Source: Dehalococcoidia bacterium
Lineage (GTDB): Bacteria > Chloroflexota > Dehalococcoidia > UBA2979
Assembly: GCA_004296805.1 (NCBI GenBank)
Contig: SCVR01000015.1
Location: forward strand, 1-39,325
DNA length: 39,325 bases
Direction: 5' to 3'
The translations under genes were made by a program, and so were the position numbers. The notes under the pieces were generated by a model. It made no database searches, was not told the DNA's origin, and saw only the letters and a program-made list of their open reading frames with translations. Shown in pieces: positions 1 to 7,973 of the stretch; within the stretch, counting starts at the first letter, position 1; the number at the start of each line of letters is the position of its first letter.

Positions 1-13
1 GCTCTTCCGATCT
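1..13 (+). other. Illumina adapter remnant (artefact)
   Basis: GCTCTTCCGATCT is the 3' end of the TruSeq-type adapter (reverse complement AGATCGGAAGAGC). Confidence 0.93.
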
Positions 14-21
14 GTCAGGCG
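14..21. repeat. left terminal inverted repeat GTCAGGCG (partner at 39318-39325)
   Basis: the first 8 nt after the adapter are the exact reverse complement of the last 8 nt of the window. Confidence 0.7.
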
Positions 22-330
22 CTGTGTGGATCCTGAGGTACTTCTGGCGCGGCGGCTGTGCTCGCACCCGTCGCAGCACTCACCGCGGCGCCGAGCCTGT
101 CGTGCCGCGCACGCCTCGTACGCCACCCCGCAGGTCCGGCACGGGACATGCAGAAGCCGCGGCCGGCACCGCGGGCACGGGATCGGCCTGCCGTCCTCGT
201 CCTCGCCGAGCCAGCCGCGGTCGCACTCCTCCTCGTGCCGGCGCAGCTCGAGGACCTCGGCCTCAGCGCGCGCGGCCTCGATCTCGCGCTGCTCGGCGGC
301 GTCGGCGCTGTCGGTCACGGGGATCATCAC
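14..330 (-). CDS. Cys-rich hypothetical protein, runs off the left end
   Basis: own translation from GTG330/ATG327 (overlapping the upstream stop): MIPVTDSADAAEQREIEAARAEAEVLELRRHEEECDRGWLGEDEDGRPIPCPRCRP...; no stop before the end. Confidence 0.65.
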
Positions 331-599
331 GACGCCTCGCTGTGCACGGGGTGGTGCGCGGGCAGGTTGCAGCAGTCGTCTGCCAGGGCGTGGGCGTCGA
401 TCTTCAGCGGCGGCCCCTTCCTGCGGGGGGCGCGCTTAGTACTTGTAGTACTGGGTCCGTGTGGCGCACTAGCTTTGTCGCTCTCACGCACTACCCCTAG
501 TCCGTGTGACGGACTAGGTAGTCCGTGTGACGCACTAGCCCGGGACGTTCGGTAGCCCTGGGGAATGACGGTCACGTACTCCGTCGCCTCGTTACTCAC
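327..599 (-). CDS. hypothetical protein spanning the iteron-like repeats
   Basis: 90-aa ORF; SHGL repeats derive from the DNA repeats; its stop overlaps the next start. Confidence 0.4.
   Translation of the reverse strand: MSNEATEYVTVIPQGYRTSRASASHGLPSPSHGLGVVRESDKASAPHGPSTTSTKRAPRRKGPPLKIDAHALADDCCNLPAHHPVHSEAS
455..538. repeat. iteron-like array of 18-bp repeats GTCCGTGTGRCGSACTAG
   Basis: copies at 455, 500 and 521 plus a degenerate copy at 477; spacing 22/23/21 bp. Confidence 0.8.
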
Positions 600-630
600 G
601 CGCTGCTCGGTTCCTGAGGTAGTTCTGGGG

Positions 631-921
631 TCACCACTCCGTCATCGGCGTCGGCTCGGGGTCGCCCGACGCGTCGGGGTGTGCCCCCCCTTGGTTGCAT
701 CGAGTGTGTGCCGGCCCCAGGTACCTCTGCCTCGTCGGGTCGGTCGGGTCGTGGTCGAGCTGCCAGCCGTCCCCGAACTGGGAGCGGTCCGGGATGATCG
801 GCTGTCGACAGCGCGCGCATCGGACCTTGCCGGTCGCGACCTTCGGCTTCCACTCCTCTCTCAGCTTCTGATGGGCGTGGCCGTACCCGGCTGCCGTGGT
901 CCTGCCCCCCTCCCCGCTCAC
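631..921 (-). CDS. HNH endonuclease (small, genome-end/terminase-associated type)
   Basis: GYGHAHQKLR...CARCRQPI...WQLDHD...LGPAHTRCN; GTG921 overlaps the upstream TGA. Confidence 0.8.
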   Translation of the reverse strand: MSGEGGRTTAAGYGHAHQKLREEWKPKVATGKVRCARCRQPIIPDRSQFGDGWQLDHDPTDPTRQRYLGPAHTRCNQGGAHPDASGDPEPTPMTEW

Positions 922-1292
922 CGCTGCACCTCGCCGCGCACCGTGATGGCATGGACCAGGACTCGCCTCGCCTCGCTCGCCAGCCACTCGCTGCCGAGGC
1001 CAGCCGCTGCGTGTAGCTCGTCGAGTTCAGACAGGGTGTGGCCGCTCAGGGTGAACGGGCTCGGAGACACCACCCCCACCTCGGTGGACCGAACGTCGCC
1101 GTAGCGCCGCACGATGTCAGCCAGGGCGCACTCGTCGGCGGCGTCAAAGTGGTGCCCGCCGATCCCCCGCTTGGCGAGGCAACCGTGGTGGTTGCGGACG
1201 TGATCCCGAATCCCGAACAGCGCCAACGCCAGCGGGTCGATTGGGTCGTCCGGTCGCGCATCGTGCCGTCCGTCGAACTCCTGCTCGCTCAT
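918..1292 (-). CDS. hypothetical protein
   Basis: 124-aa ORF with overlapping start/stop codons at both ends. Confidence 0.6.
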   Translation of the reverse strand: MSEQEFDGRHDARPDDPIDPLALALFGIRDHVRNHHGCLAKRGIGGHHFDAADECALADIVRRYGDVRSTEVGVVSPSPFTLSGHTLSELDELHAAAGLGSEWLASEARRVLVHAITVRGEVQR

Positions 1293-1804
1293 CCCTCATC
1301 GCTCCCATCCACCGCACCCGTGGCCGTCGCCTCGAAGTGACCGTCGCGGGTGAGGAGCACCGGCCGGTCAGCGAACCACCACACCCACACCGGCACCCCG
1401 CCCGGGTCGATGCCCTGGTGCACCAGCCACCCGTACGCGTACGCCGTGGTCCGCTCCCGCTCCACCCGGCCATGGCAGCCCGTGACCCCCGACCCGCACA
1501 GGAGCAGGAGGTTCGCGGCGGTGTTCGCTGCCGGGTCGCTGGTCCCTCCCGCGCCGCGGGGTCGGCGGTGGTGGAACGAGTGGGGCTCGACCCAGCGGGC
1601 GCCGTTGTGCAGGGCCAGGCCGCAGACCTCGCAGCAGTAGCCCGCCCGGTCGGCGACCTGTTGCTTGGTCCTGGTCGAGGGGCCCGTGCCTCGTCGGCCA
1701 CCCGCGGCGGTGAGCGTCTTCGCTCGGAGCTCCCGCTTCCGGCGGGGCATGGGGGTGCGGCGCAGCTGGGTGCGTCGGGCGAGGGCTGTGCGGCGCAGGG
1801 TCAT
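1289..1804 (-). CDS. HNH endonuclease
   Basis: CEVCG...HHRRPRGAGG...NTAANLLLLCGSGVTGCHGRVE, typical of actinophage HNH proteins. Confidence 0.85.
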   Translation of the reverse strand: MTLRRTALARRTQLRRTPMPRRKRELRAKTLTAAGGRRGTGPSTRTKQQVADRAGYCCEVCGLALHNGARWVEPHSFHHRRPRGAGGTSDPAANTAANLLLLCGSGVTGCHGRVERERTTAYAYGWLVHQGIDPGGVPVWVWWFADRPVLLTRDGHFEATATGAVDGSDEG

Positions 1805-2142
1805 CGGGTTGTGGTCTTCCTGCGGCGGCGTGCCGCGTCGAGGTCGATGACACCCGGGGCGTCAGGCCCCGGCGGTGGCGGTGTGCAGGTCGCGGCGTGC
1901 GGCATCGCCCGGAACTCGGTGGTCCTGTCGTGGGTCTCGTCCTTGCACAACACCCGGGCCACGAGCTGGCGAGACGACGGGAGGACGCGGGCCGCGACGT
2001 TGCCGGCCGGGTTCTCGACCGGGTCCAGGGGCATGGACTTCCCGCCGCGGCCGGACTCCGTGGCCACCGTCCTGGCCCACACCATCGTCGACCCGCACCT
2101 GGTGCACGTCGACGTGCGGCCGGGGATCGTGCGCTCAGGCAT
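1801..2142 (-). CDS. hypothetical protein (CxxCG..W...MPLDP type)
   Basis: 113-aa ORF; CTRCGSTMVWART...SMPLDP; resembles 10267-10596. Confidence 0.75.
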   Translation of the reverse strand: MPERTIPGRTSTCTRCGSTMVWARTVATESGRGGKSMPLDPVENPAGNVAARVLPSSRQLVARVLCKDETHDRTTEFRAMPHAATCTPPPPGPDAPGVIDLDAARRRRKTTTR

Positions 2143-2184
2143 CGCTGCCCTGCGATCCGGGCCGAAAGACTAGGTCTAGACCTC

Positions 2185-2214
2185 TTGCGTAACGTACCGA
2201 GACTCGGTACGTTA
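2185..2214 (+). promoter_or_regulatory. sigma70-like leaderless promoter overlapped by a perfect palindromic operator
   Basis: TTGCGT (2185-2190), 17 nt, TACGTT (2208-2213), 6 nt, ATG2220; palindrome TAACGTACCGAG-A-CTCGGTACGTTA at 2190-2214. Confidence 0.75.
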
Positions 2215-2219
2215 TTCCC

Positions 2220-2468
2220 ATGAACACGACGACCAGCCAGAACGCCGCCCACCGCAACGACCTCGCCTGGATCAAGTCCCAGGGCAAGTCCTTCACTGTC
2301 AACGGCGAGGGGTACATCTCGGAGTACGTCAACCCGTGGAACGGGATGGCGATCCGCAAGTCCTGGCGCATGACCGGCCGCGACTGGTTCATCTTCGACG
2401 CCGCCGGCAACATCGTCGGCCGCTCGCACTCGCTGACTTGGGCCAAGCTCGACGCGGCGGCGGCCTGA
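2220..2468 (+). CDS. hypothetical protein, first gene of the counter-oriented island
   Basis: 82-aa globular-looking ORF directly behind the promoter; ends in LDAAAA. Confidence 0.8.
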   Translation: MNTTTSQNAAHRNDLAWIKSQGKSFTVNGEGYISEYVNPWNGMAIRKSWRMTGRDWFIFDAAGNIVGRSHSLTWAKLDAAAA

Positions 2469-2663
2469 GTGCCCCGCCCTCGGGGTGAGGTGCCCGCCGA
2501 GCAGCTACGGGAGCTCCGGCGGGCACGCACGGCCTCCGACCGGGCGCAGGCCCGGCTGCGGGAAGCTGTGGTGGCCGCCATCGAGGCCGGCGGGTCGTAC
2601 ACCGCCGTCGCAGAGGCCGCGGGACTCGCGAAGTCCACAGTGCAGCTCTGGGCCAAGGACTGA
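2469..2663 (+). CDS. small HTH DNA-binding protein
   Basis: GGSYTAVAEAAGLAKSTVQLW helix-turn-helix pattern. Confidence 0.8.
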   Translation: MPRPRGEVPAEQLRELRRARTASDRAQARLREAVVAAIEAGGSYTAVAEAAGLAKSTVQLWAKD

Positions 2664-2667
2664 TCCA

Positions 2668-3000
2668 TCACTGATGCCTCCCTCGGTTCGGGCAGGCGTT
2701 CTCAACGGCGGCGAGACAGTCGGGGCAGCGGCGCTTGCTTTCGCCCGTTCCGCGCTCACAGGTGTGGAACCGGTAGCCAGACAGGATGATGTCCGCCCCC
2801 GCGTTACGCCGCCCGAGCGTGCCTGTATAGGTCGCGCCACAGTCTCGGCATTGGAGAACCACCGGGTCCCAGCCAACAATCCCGTCGACCTTGCCCGGCA
2901 GGGTCGGCAGTTGGACGGGGCGCCGCTCGGGGCACTCGTCGCAGTAGTAGCCGCGGCCCTCGTCATCGCTGACGATGCAGACGTTCAGGCAGGCGCTCAT
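2668..3000 (-). CDS. Cys-rich hypothetical protein
   Basis: ATG3000 overlaps the upstream stop after GGAGG; several CxxC pairs. Confidence 0.65.
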   Translation of the reverse strand: MSACLNVCIVSDDEGRGYYCDECPERRPVQLPTLPGKVDGIVGWDPVVLQCRDCGATYTGTLGRRNAGADIILSGYRFHTCERGTGESKRRCPDCLAAVENACPNRGRHQ

Positions 3001-3428
3001 CCGGCCACCTCCGTCCCGCAGATCACGCACTCGCGGGTGTCGGACTCGGGCCGGTCGAGCCATTCGTGGGCGCAGTGCCAGCCGCCGTCGTCCTCCTGCA
3101 TCCGTTCCTGCCAGTCCGTCGGCCAGCCGTGGCGGTCACGGCGAGCGAGACACGCGGGGCAGGCGACTGCCGGATCGGTGCATGTGCAGACCTGCTCGAT
3201 CATGCGGAGCACGCGGCAGTCGCAGAGGTCGCCAGGGAGGTCATCCGGGACGCCGGTGTTCTGGTAGCAGCGCGGGTGATGCTCGTGCCACGCGCGTGGC
3301 TGGCCGCAGTACGTCGCGTCCGTGCCGTCCGAGCGGTGCGTGCACTCATCGTCGTCGGGGTGCCCCGCGACGGGTCGGAACTCGACCTGCGCATTCTCGG
3401 GCGTGTGCTGCGGTTCCTGGTCACTCAT
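2997..3428 (-). CDS. Cys/His-rich hypothetical protein
   Basis: MSDQEPQHTPENA..., multiple CxC/CxxC motifs. Confidence 0.65.
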   Translation of the reverse strand: MSDQEPQHTPENAQVEFRPVAGHPDDDECTHRSDGTDATYCGQPRAWHEHHPRCYQNTGVPDDLPGDLCDCRVLRMIEQVCTCTDPAVACPACLARRDRHGWPTDWQERMQEDDGGWHCAHEWLDRPESDTRECVICGTEVAG

Positions 3429-3558
3429 CGGCTGCTCCTGTGTCGTGCCGGTCGGGCACACCCGACGTGGACTCGAACACGCACCCCGGGACGTGGCCGT
3501 CCTCGAGGGTGCAGGCCAGGCCGTCCTGGTCGAACAGGCGACCCGGGCAGGGCGTCAC
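3421..3558 (-). CDS. small hypothetical protein
   Basis: 45 aa from GTG3558 (overlaps the upstream TGA): VTPCPGRLFDQDGLAC... Confidence 0.55.
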   Translation of the reverse strand: MTPCPGRLFDQDGLACTLEDGHVPGCVFESTSGVPDRHDTGAADE

Positions 3559-3770
3559 GACGTCCCCCTCGACGCGAACGCCAACAGGTCGGTGATCGCG
3601 TCCCAGGTGGACTCGACGAGCAGCCGGCACCACACCCCGGCCTCGTCGTAGGACATCGACCCGGCCGCCACGTCAGCGCGTACCGAGCGGAGCTCGCGGT
3701 CGAGTTGGTAGAGGCGGCGGTTGATGTGGCCCCGGGCGTGCTGCTCGCGGGTCGTGGCTGCCTCGATCAT
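3555..3770 (-). CDS. hypothetical protein
   Basis: 71 aa MIEAATTREQHARGH...; ATGA overlap with the rep gene stop. Confidence 0.65.
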   Translation of the reverse strand: MIEAATTREQHARGHINRRLYQLDRELRSVRADVAAGSMSYDEAGVWCRLLVESTWDAITDLLAFASRGTS

Positions 3771-4513
3771 CGGATACCTCCAGCGAGACGGTCGGCGGCG
3801 CACTGGGCGCAGTGCCGGGTGGTGCCTGAGTGGCCGGGCTCGGGGCAGGGGTCGGGTTTCACGGCTGCGAGGTCGCCCGGGCGTCGGAGCTGTTGCCAGC
3901 CGCCGAGCCACGCCTGGGCGGTCGCGGGAGGCCGGTCGGGCTGGTACTGCGCCAGGGCGGACTTCACGAGGGGCCCGTCGCCGTGGATCGCGATCAGGGC
4001 CTCGATGTCGGCGACCTGGTCGGGGTCGAGGAGGTCCCAGCGGACGTGGAGCCTGTGGGCCTCGAGGGCGGCTCGGAGGATCTCGACCGACGCCGGCAGC
4101 GCCGCCGCGGCTGCTGCAGCAGCCTTCTCCTCTGCCTCTTCTCTTCTCTCTTCCGTGACATCCGTGTTAGTAACGGCGTTACTCCCTCCGTTACGTCGGG
4201 CCCGGTAGGCCGTCTGCCGGGCCCGACCGGCCTCACGCTGCGCCTCGAGCTGCTCCCGGGTCACCTGGTCCCAGTCGACGAACTGCCAGCCGCCATCGAC
4301 GACCGTCCACAGCCCCTCACGGACCAGCGCACGTGCCCGGGCCGTCCCCCGCAGCGGCGTCAGCCTGGGGAGGAGCTCGCGGGGCACGAACCCGCCGTTC
4401 TCCTCCGCACCGCAGTACGCCTTGGCGCGGACCCACAGCACCTCGGCCGCCTCGCCGGCGCGGACGATGGCGACGTCGAGCCAATAGTTGGTCCTGAGCT
4501 TCACCCAGTCCAC
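3767..4513 (-). CDS. replication initiator-like protein
   Basis: MDWVKLRTNYW...AEVLW...YC...GFVP...LVREGLW N-terminus resembles actinophage RepA-like initiators; internal repeat-rich linker. Confidence 0.7.
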   Translation of the reverse strand: MDWVKLRTNYWLDVAIVRAGEAAEVLWVRAKAYCGAEENGGFVPRELLPRLTPLRGTARARALVREGLWTVVDGGWQFVDWDQVTREQLEAQREAGRARQTAYRARRNGGSNAVTNTDVTEERREEAEEKAAAAAAAALPASVEILRAALEAHRLHVRWDLLDPDQVADIEALIAIHGDGPLVKSALAQYQPDRPPATAQAWLGGWQQLRRPGDLAAVKPDPCPEPGHSGTTRHCAQCAADRLAGGIR

Positions 4514-4792
4514 TCAGGTGCTCCTGTCTCGGAGGCCGATCCACCGGAACAGCGGGATCGACCGGGTCTCGAACGGCCGAGGCTCCGGGGCCGGCCATGG
4601 AGGTGTTGGTTGACGGGGGCCCCACAGCATCCGGGACGCCACCGGTTGCGGGATGCCGTAGGCGATGAGGTCGCGGAGGTGGTCGACCTCGGGGTCGACG
4701 CACAGGCAGGTGGCCTTGGTGTCGGTGTGGGCGGTCGGGGCCAGCTGGTTCCGGACGGTCACGGCCGCCGGGGGACGGTTCACGAGGGTCAT
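4514..4792 (-). CDS. hypothetical protein
   Basis: 92-aa ORF in the coupled operon. Confidence 0.6.
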   Translation of the reverse strand: MTLVNRPPAAVTVRNQLAPTAHTDTKATCLCVDPEVDHLRDLIAYGIPQPVASRMLWGPRQPTPPWPAPEPRPFETRSIPLFRWIGLRDRST

Positions 4793-5472
4793 GCCGCCTC
4801 CCCGTCACTGAGGCGGTAGTACCGCTCGGGTTTCCACCCGGTGAGGCGGCCGAGCTCGGACAGGGAACGGCCGGCGAGGGCCCAGCGGCGGATCACCTCG
4901 GTGCGTTCGGCCGCGGTCGCTGGGAGGTGCCAGGAGCCTGCCAGGATCCGCTCGACGACCACGGGGTCCATGTCGTCGGCGGGTTCCTCGGTGTACGGCT
5001 GGCCGTCGGGGTCGTCGAGGTCCTCGTCGTCCCACGCCAACGGGGGCGGCCAGCCCTTCGCCCGCGCGTCCGCGGCGACCCGGGCCGCGGCCGGTGACGT
5101 GCACCAGGTCATCGACAGCTCGTCGTACAGCCGGGTGATCGCGTCGACCGTGGCCTGCTCGAGGGTGGCCCGGCCCATCACCTTCTGGACGAACGAACGC
5201 TCGCGGCCCATGCGGCGTGAGATCTCGCGGGAGGACCAGCCGAGACGTGCCAGGGCCCGGATCCGGCGCTGGCTACCGACCGACGGGACCAGTGGCCGCG
5301 GCTTGATGCGAGACCGCTTGTGTGCGCGGGCGTGGGCTGCTCGGCACCGTTCGCAGGAGCAGCCGGCGTTGTAGCCGGCGTCGGTGCCGTGTCGGCAGTC
5401 CCAGGAGCAGTAGCGGGCCTTCCCGACCACCCGGAACGGCTGTTGGCAGGTGCGGCACGGTCGGGTCGTCAT
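4789..5472 (-). CDS. Zn-finger plus HTH DNA-binding protein
   Basis: ATG5472; CRTC...YCSWDCRHGT...GCSCERCRAAH, RRIRALARLGWSSREISRRMG, GWPPPLAWD, C-terminal HTH-like segment. Confidence 0.7.
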   Translation of the reverse strand: MTTRPCRTCQQPFRVVGKARYCSWDCRHGTDAGYNAGCSCERCRAAHARAHKRSRIKPRPLVPSVGSQRRIRALARLGWSSREISRRMGRERSFVQKVMGRATLEQATVDAITRLYDELSMTWCTSPAAARVAADARAKGWPPPLAWDDEDLDDPDGQPYTEEPADDMDPVVVERILAGSWHLPATAAERTEVIRRWALAGRSLSELGRLTGWKPERYYRLSDGEAA

Positions 5473-5942
5473 GCGAGCTCCCTGGAGATCGCGGCGAGGG
5501 TGAGGGCGTCGGTGATCGACCAGAGGCCGAGACGGCCGGGCAGGTAGATCGGGTGTGCCAGGACCCGGGGTTGGGTGAGCATCAAGTGGGCGGCGTCGGG
5601 CTGCGCCCACCTCGAGCAGTAGCCGTAGTCGTCGCGCGAGTTCGAGCACGCGTCGGCGGTGTGCACCGTGTGGACGGTGACGATCCCGATGACCGCGCCG
5701 AGCTGGGTGGCCGGGTCAGACCCCCCGAGGGCCGGAAGCGGGTGACCGGGGGCCAGTCGCTCGATCTCGCGCCACGCCTCCGGGCCGGCGGTCCTGGTCG
5801 AGGCGTGGATGAGCAGCGGCCCCGTGTGCGCGAACTGCTTGCGGGCCGCGTCCTGACCCTTGCGGTTGGCGCGGTTCTCGACGTCCTTCCCCAGGCGCAG
5901 GATCGCGTACGCCCAGGGCTGCCGAACAGACAACACCTTCAC
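5469..5942 (-). CDS. ASCH domain protein
   Basis: MKVLSVRQPWAYAI...KDVENR...LLIHAS...GAVIG...GRLGLW ASCH signature. Confidence 0.9.
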   Translation of the reverse strand: MKVLSVRQPWAYAILRLGKDVENRANRKGQDAARKQFAHTGPLLIHASTRTAGPEAWREIERLAPGHPLPALGGSDPATQLGAVIGIVTVHTVHTADACSNSRDDYGYCSRWAQPDAAHLMLTQPRVLAHPIYLPGRLGLWSITDALTLAAISRELA

Positions 5943-6658
5943 CGCGTGGCCTCCGGCTGTCCGGGCCTACTGCTCAGGTGCCAGATCCGCCCGAGCGGGG
6001 CCAGCGGGGCGACGTCGACGAGGTTCCAGCCGATGAGGCAGGACGGGTGTGACGCGGCCTCCTGGCGTCGGTTCTCGCGGAGGATGCCGAACTTCACGCG
6101 GCCCTTGATGAACACGACGTGCGAGGCGGTCTCGGTTGCCAGGTGGAACAGTCGCGTGTCGGTGTGCGAGGGCATGAGCAGGATGACCCGGGAGCCGTTC
6201 GCCGCGGCCTCGATGCACCGCTTGACCCACCGCTCACGCGCCTTGGAGTACGGCGGGTTGACGTAGATCGTCCCGGCATCCCAGGGCTGCTCAGCGCCGT
6301 CCGTCTCAGCGATGTAGAACCGTTCGGCGGCGGTCGGGTTGTCGGGCTCGGTGCAGGGGTCCAGTTCGATGCTGCCGAGCGCCTGGCGTACCGGCTCGAG
6401 CACGTAGGGCGGCGTCAACTGGCGCTGCCTCTCGTGGTCGTCGGCTCGGTAGCGCAGGTCGTTGTTGAAGCGGTGGCGAGCGATGGCCCCGGACTCCTCG
6501 CGCGCGGCCTTCACGGAACGCAGCAACGGCGATGAGTCCCACGCACGCTGAACCGTTCGGGCCCCAATCAGATCGAGGTGGCCGGGGTTGCAGCAGGGCA
6601 GCCCGTTGTGGGTGAAACAGGCGCAGCAGATGTGAGCCTTCTCGGCCTTGCCGCTCAT
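5939..6658 (-). CDS. phage N6-adenine DNA methyltransferase
   Basis: TPPYV...IELDPC...DG..QPW...YVNPPYS...LLMP..TDT...FIKGRVKF. Confidence 0.88.
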   Translation of the reverse strand: MSGKAEKAHICCACFTHNGLPCCNPGHLDLIGARTVQRAWDSSPLLRSVKAAREESGAIARHRFNNDLRYRADDHERQRQLTPPYVLEPVRQALGSIELDPCTEPDNPTAAERFYIAETDGAEQPWDAGTIYVNPPYSKARERWVKRCIEAAANGSRVILLMPSHTDTRLFHLATETASHVVFIKGRVKFGILRENRRQEAASHPSCLIGWNLVDVAPLAPLGRIWHLSSRPGQPEATR

Positions 6659-7332
6659 ACCGCACCCCCGTCAGAAGCGGGGCTAGTGCTGCTAGGCGGA
6701 TAGGGCACGCCGGCAGTCGGGTCAGACATGTCCTCACCGGGCGCATAGACCTTGATCGCCCCGTCGTCGGTGGTGGCAACGCCGTACTCATCGGGGCCGA
6801 CGACCGCGGGCCGAAAGGCGGTACCGCAGCAGTCGGCGTGGGCTTCCTCGTAGCCGTGCGAGCAGCGGTCGCAGCACGGGCCGTTCCATGCGCACCAGCG
6901 CATGTTGGGTACGTCGCAGCCGCACGGCTCGTCTTCGTCGTCAGCCGTAGGTCGGACGTCCACCGGCTCCAGGTCGAGCACTCGACAGGGGCACACCTCC
7001 TCCTCGCTCGTCATCCGGTCGGTGCTGGGGACCTCGAACGGCGTCTTGCCGCAGCAGGGCATGACTCCGCTGCCCTCCGGCGGACAGGCGTGGATGGGCG
7101 GCACGACGTACTCGCCTCGCCCAGCCCAGAACCCGTCAGCGGTGCCGTGCGACCAGATGACCTCGCACTCAAGCCAGACGAGCCTGGGGAGGTTGGAGTG
7201 ACCGCTGCTCGGGTGCTGGTGGTGGACGGTGGCTGTTTGCCCCTCGTAGGTGCCGGGCATGCCCCGCTTGAGGCGGACCAACGTGCCGTCGTCGGGCAGC
7301 GCTTTCTCGGCGGAGTGTTCTGCCTCGGCCAT
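6655..7332 (-). CDS. Cys-rich hypothetical protein
   Basis: 225-aa ORF coupled at both ends; HACPP...MPCCGKTPFE. Confidence 0.65.
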   Translation of the reverse strand: MAEAEHSAEKALPDDGTLVRLKRGMPGTYEGQTATVHHQHPSSGHSNLPRLVWLECEVIWSHGTADGFWAGRGEYVVPPIHACPPEGSGVMPCCGKTPFEVPSTDRMTSEEEVCPCRVLDLEPVDVRPTADDEDEPCGCDVPNMRWCAWNGPCCDRCSHGYEEAHADCCGTAFRPAVVGPDEYGVATTDDGAIKVYAPGEDMSDPTAGVPYPPSSTSPASDGGAV

Positions 7333-7667
7333 CAGGCACCTCCTTCGTCAGCCTGTGGACGGTGCGCGAGGGCGTAGGCGTCGACCACATGGCCGGCGAC
7401 CCGGCCGCGGCGGATCTGGTCGAGGATCCCGACCGAGACGGCCCACACCTTCACCTCATGGGCCGTGACACCGAGCTCGACGAGCAGCCGGTCACCAGCA
7501 GACGGCTCCGGGGCCTTCCGTTTCGGCTTCTCGTACACCTCGAAGCGGGCCCGTGGACCTGGGGCGTTCAACGCGAGCTTGCGGCGCTCGACAGCGATCT
7601 CCTGGTCGATCTTCACCCTGAGCCGCTCGAGGAGGTCCAGGCGGGTGCCGACCTGCACGCCGCTCAC
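7332..7667 (-). CDS. Lsr2-like DNA-binding domain protein (copy 1)
   Basis: C-terminal EVKVWAVSVG...RRGRVAGHVVDAYALAH matches the Lsr2 motif IREWA..NG..V..RGRI...V.DAY. Confidence 0.8.
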   Translation of the reverse strand: MSGVQVGTRLDLLERLRVKIDQEIAVERRKLALNAPGPRARFEVYEKPKRKAPEPSAGDRLLVELGVTAHEVKVWAVSVGILDQIRRGRVAGHVVDAYALAHRPQADEGGA

Positions 7668-7960
7668 GACGCCCACCTGTGCGGGTCCGGGGTCCAGGAG
7701 CCGCGCGAGAGGTGGATCATCGCGTCACGCAGCCGCGGAGCCGGGTGCAGCTGGTCGAACTCCTCGTCGGACAACTGGTAGTAGGCGGCGTCGGAGTTCG
7801 CGGCCCCAGCGGCGGCGTACGCCGGTCGTGAGGACTCCCGGAGCGCCTCCCTGGCGGCGACCGCGTGCCGGTGGACCTCGGTGACTAGTTCGCGCCACCA
7901 GTGATGCCCTGGCGCGGAGACGCGGCCCCCGGGTCGGGGTGCGAGGGCGGTCATCCACAT
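7664..7960 (-). CDS. hypothetical protein
   Basis: ORF ...YYQLSDEEFDQLHPAPRLRD...; start approximate. Confidence 0.6.
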   Translation of the reverse strand: MWMTALAPRPGGRVSAPGHHWWRELVTEVHRHAVAAREALRESSRPAYAAAGAANSDAAYYQLSDEEFDQLHPAPRLRDAMIHLSRGSWTPDPHRWAS

Positions 7961-7973
7961 CAGCACGGCCGGC

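Noticed and set aside
455-538. Possible mini CRISPR array
   Set aside because: Repeats are 18 bp with only 3-5 bp between them; no spacers and no cas genes
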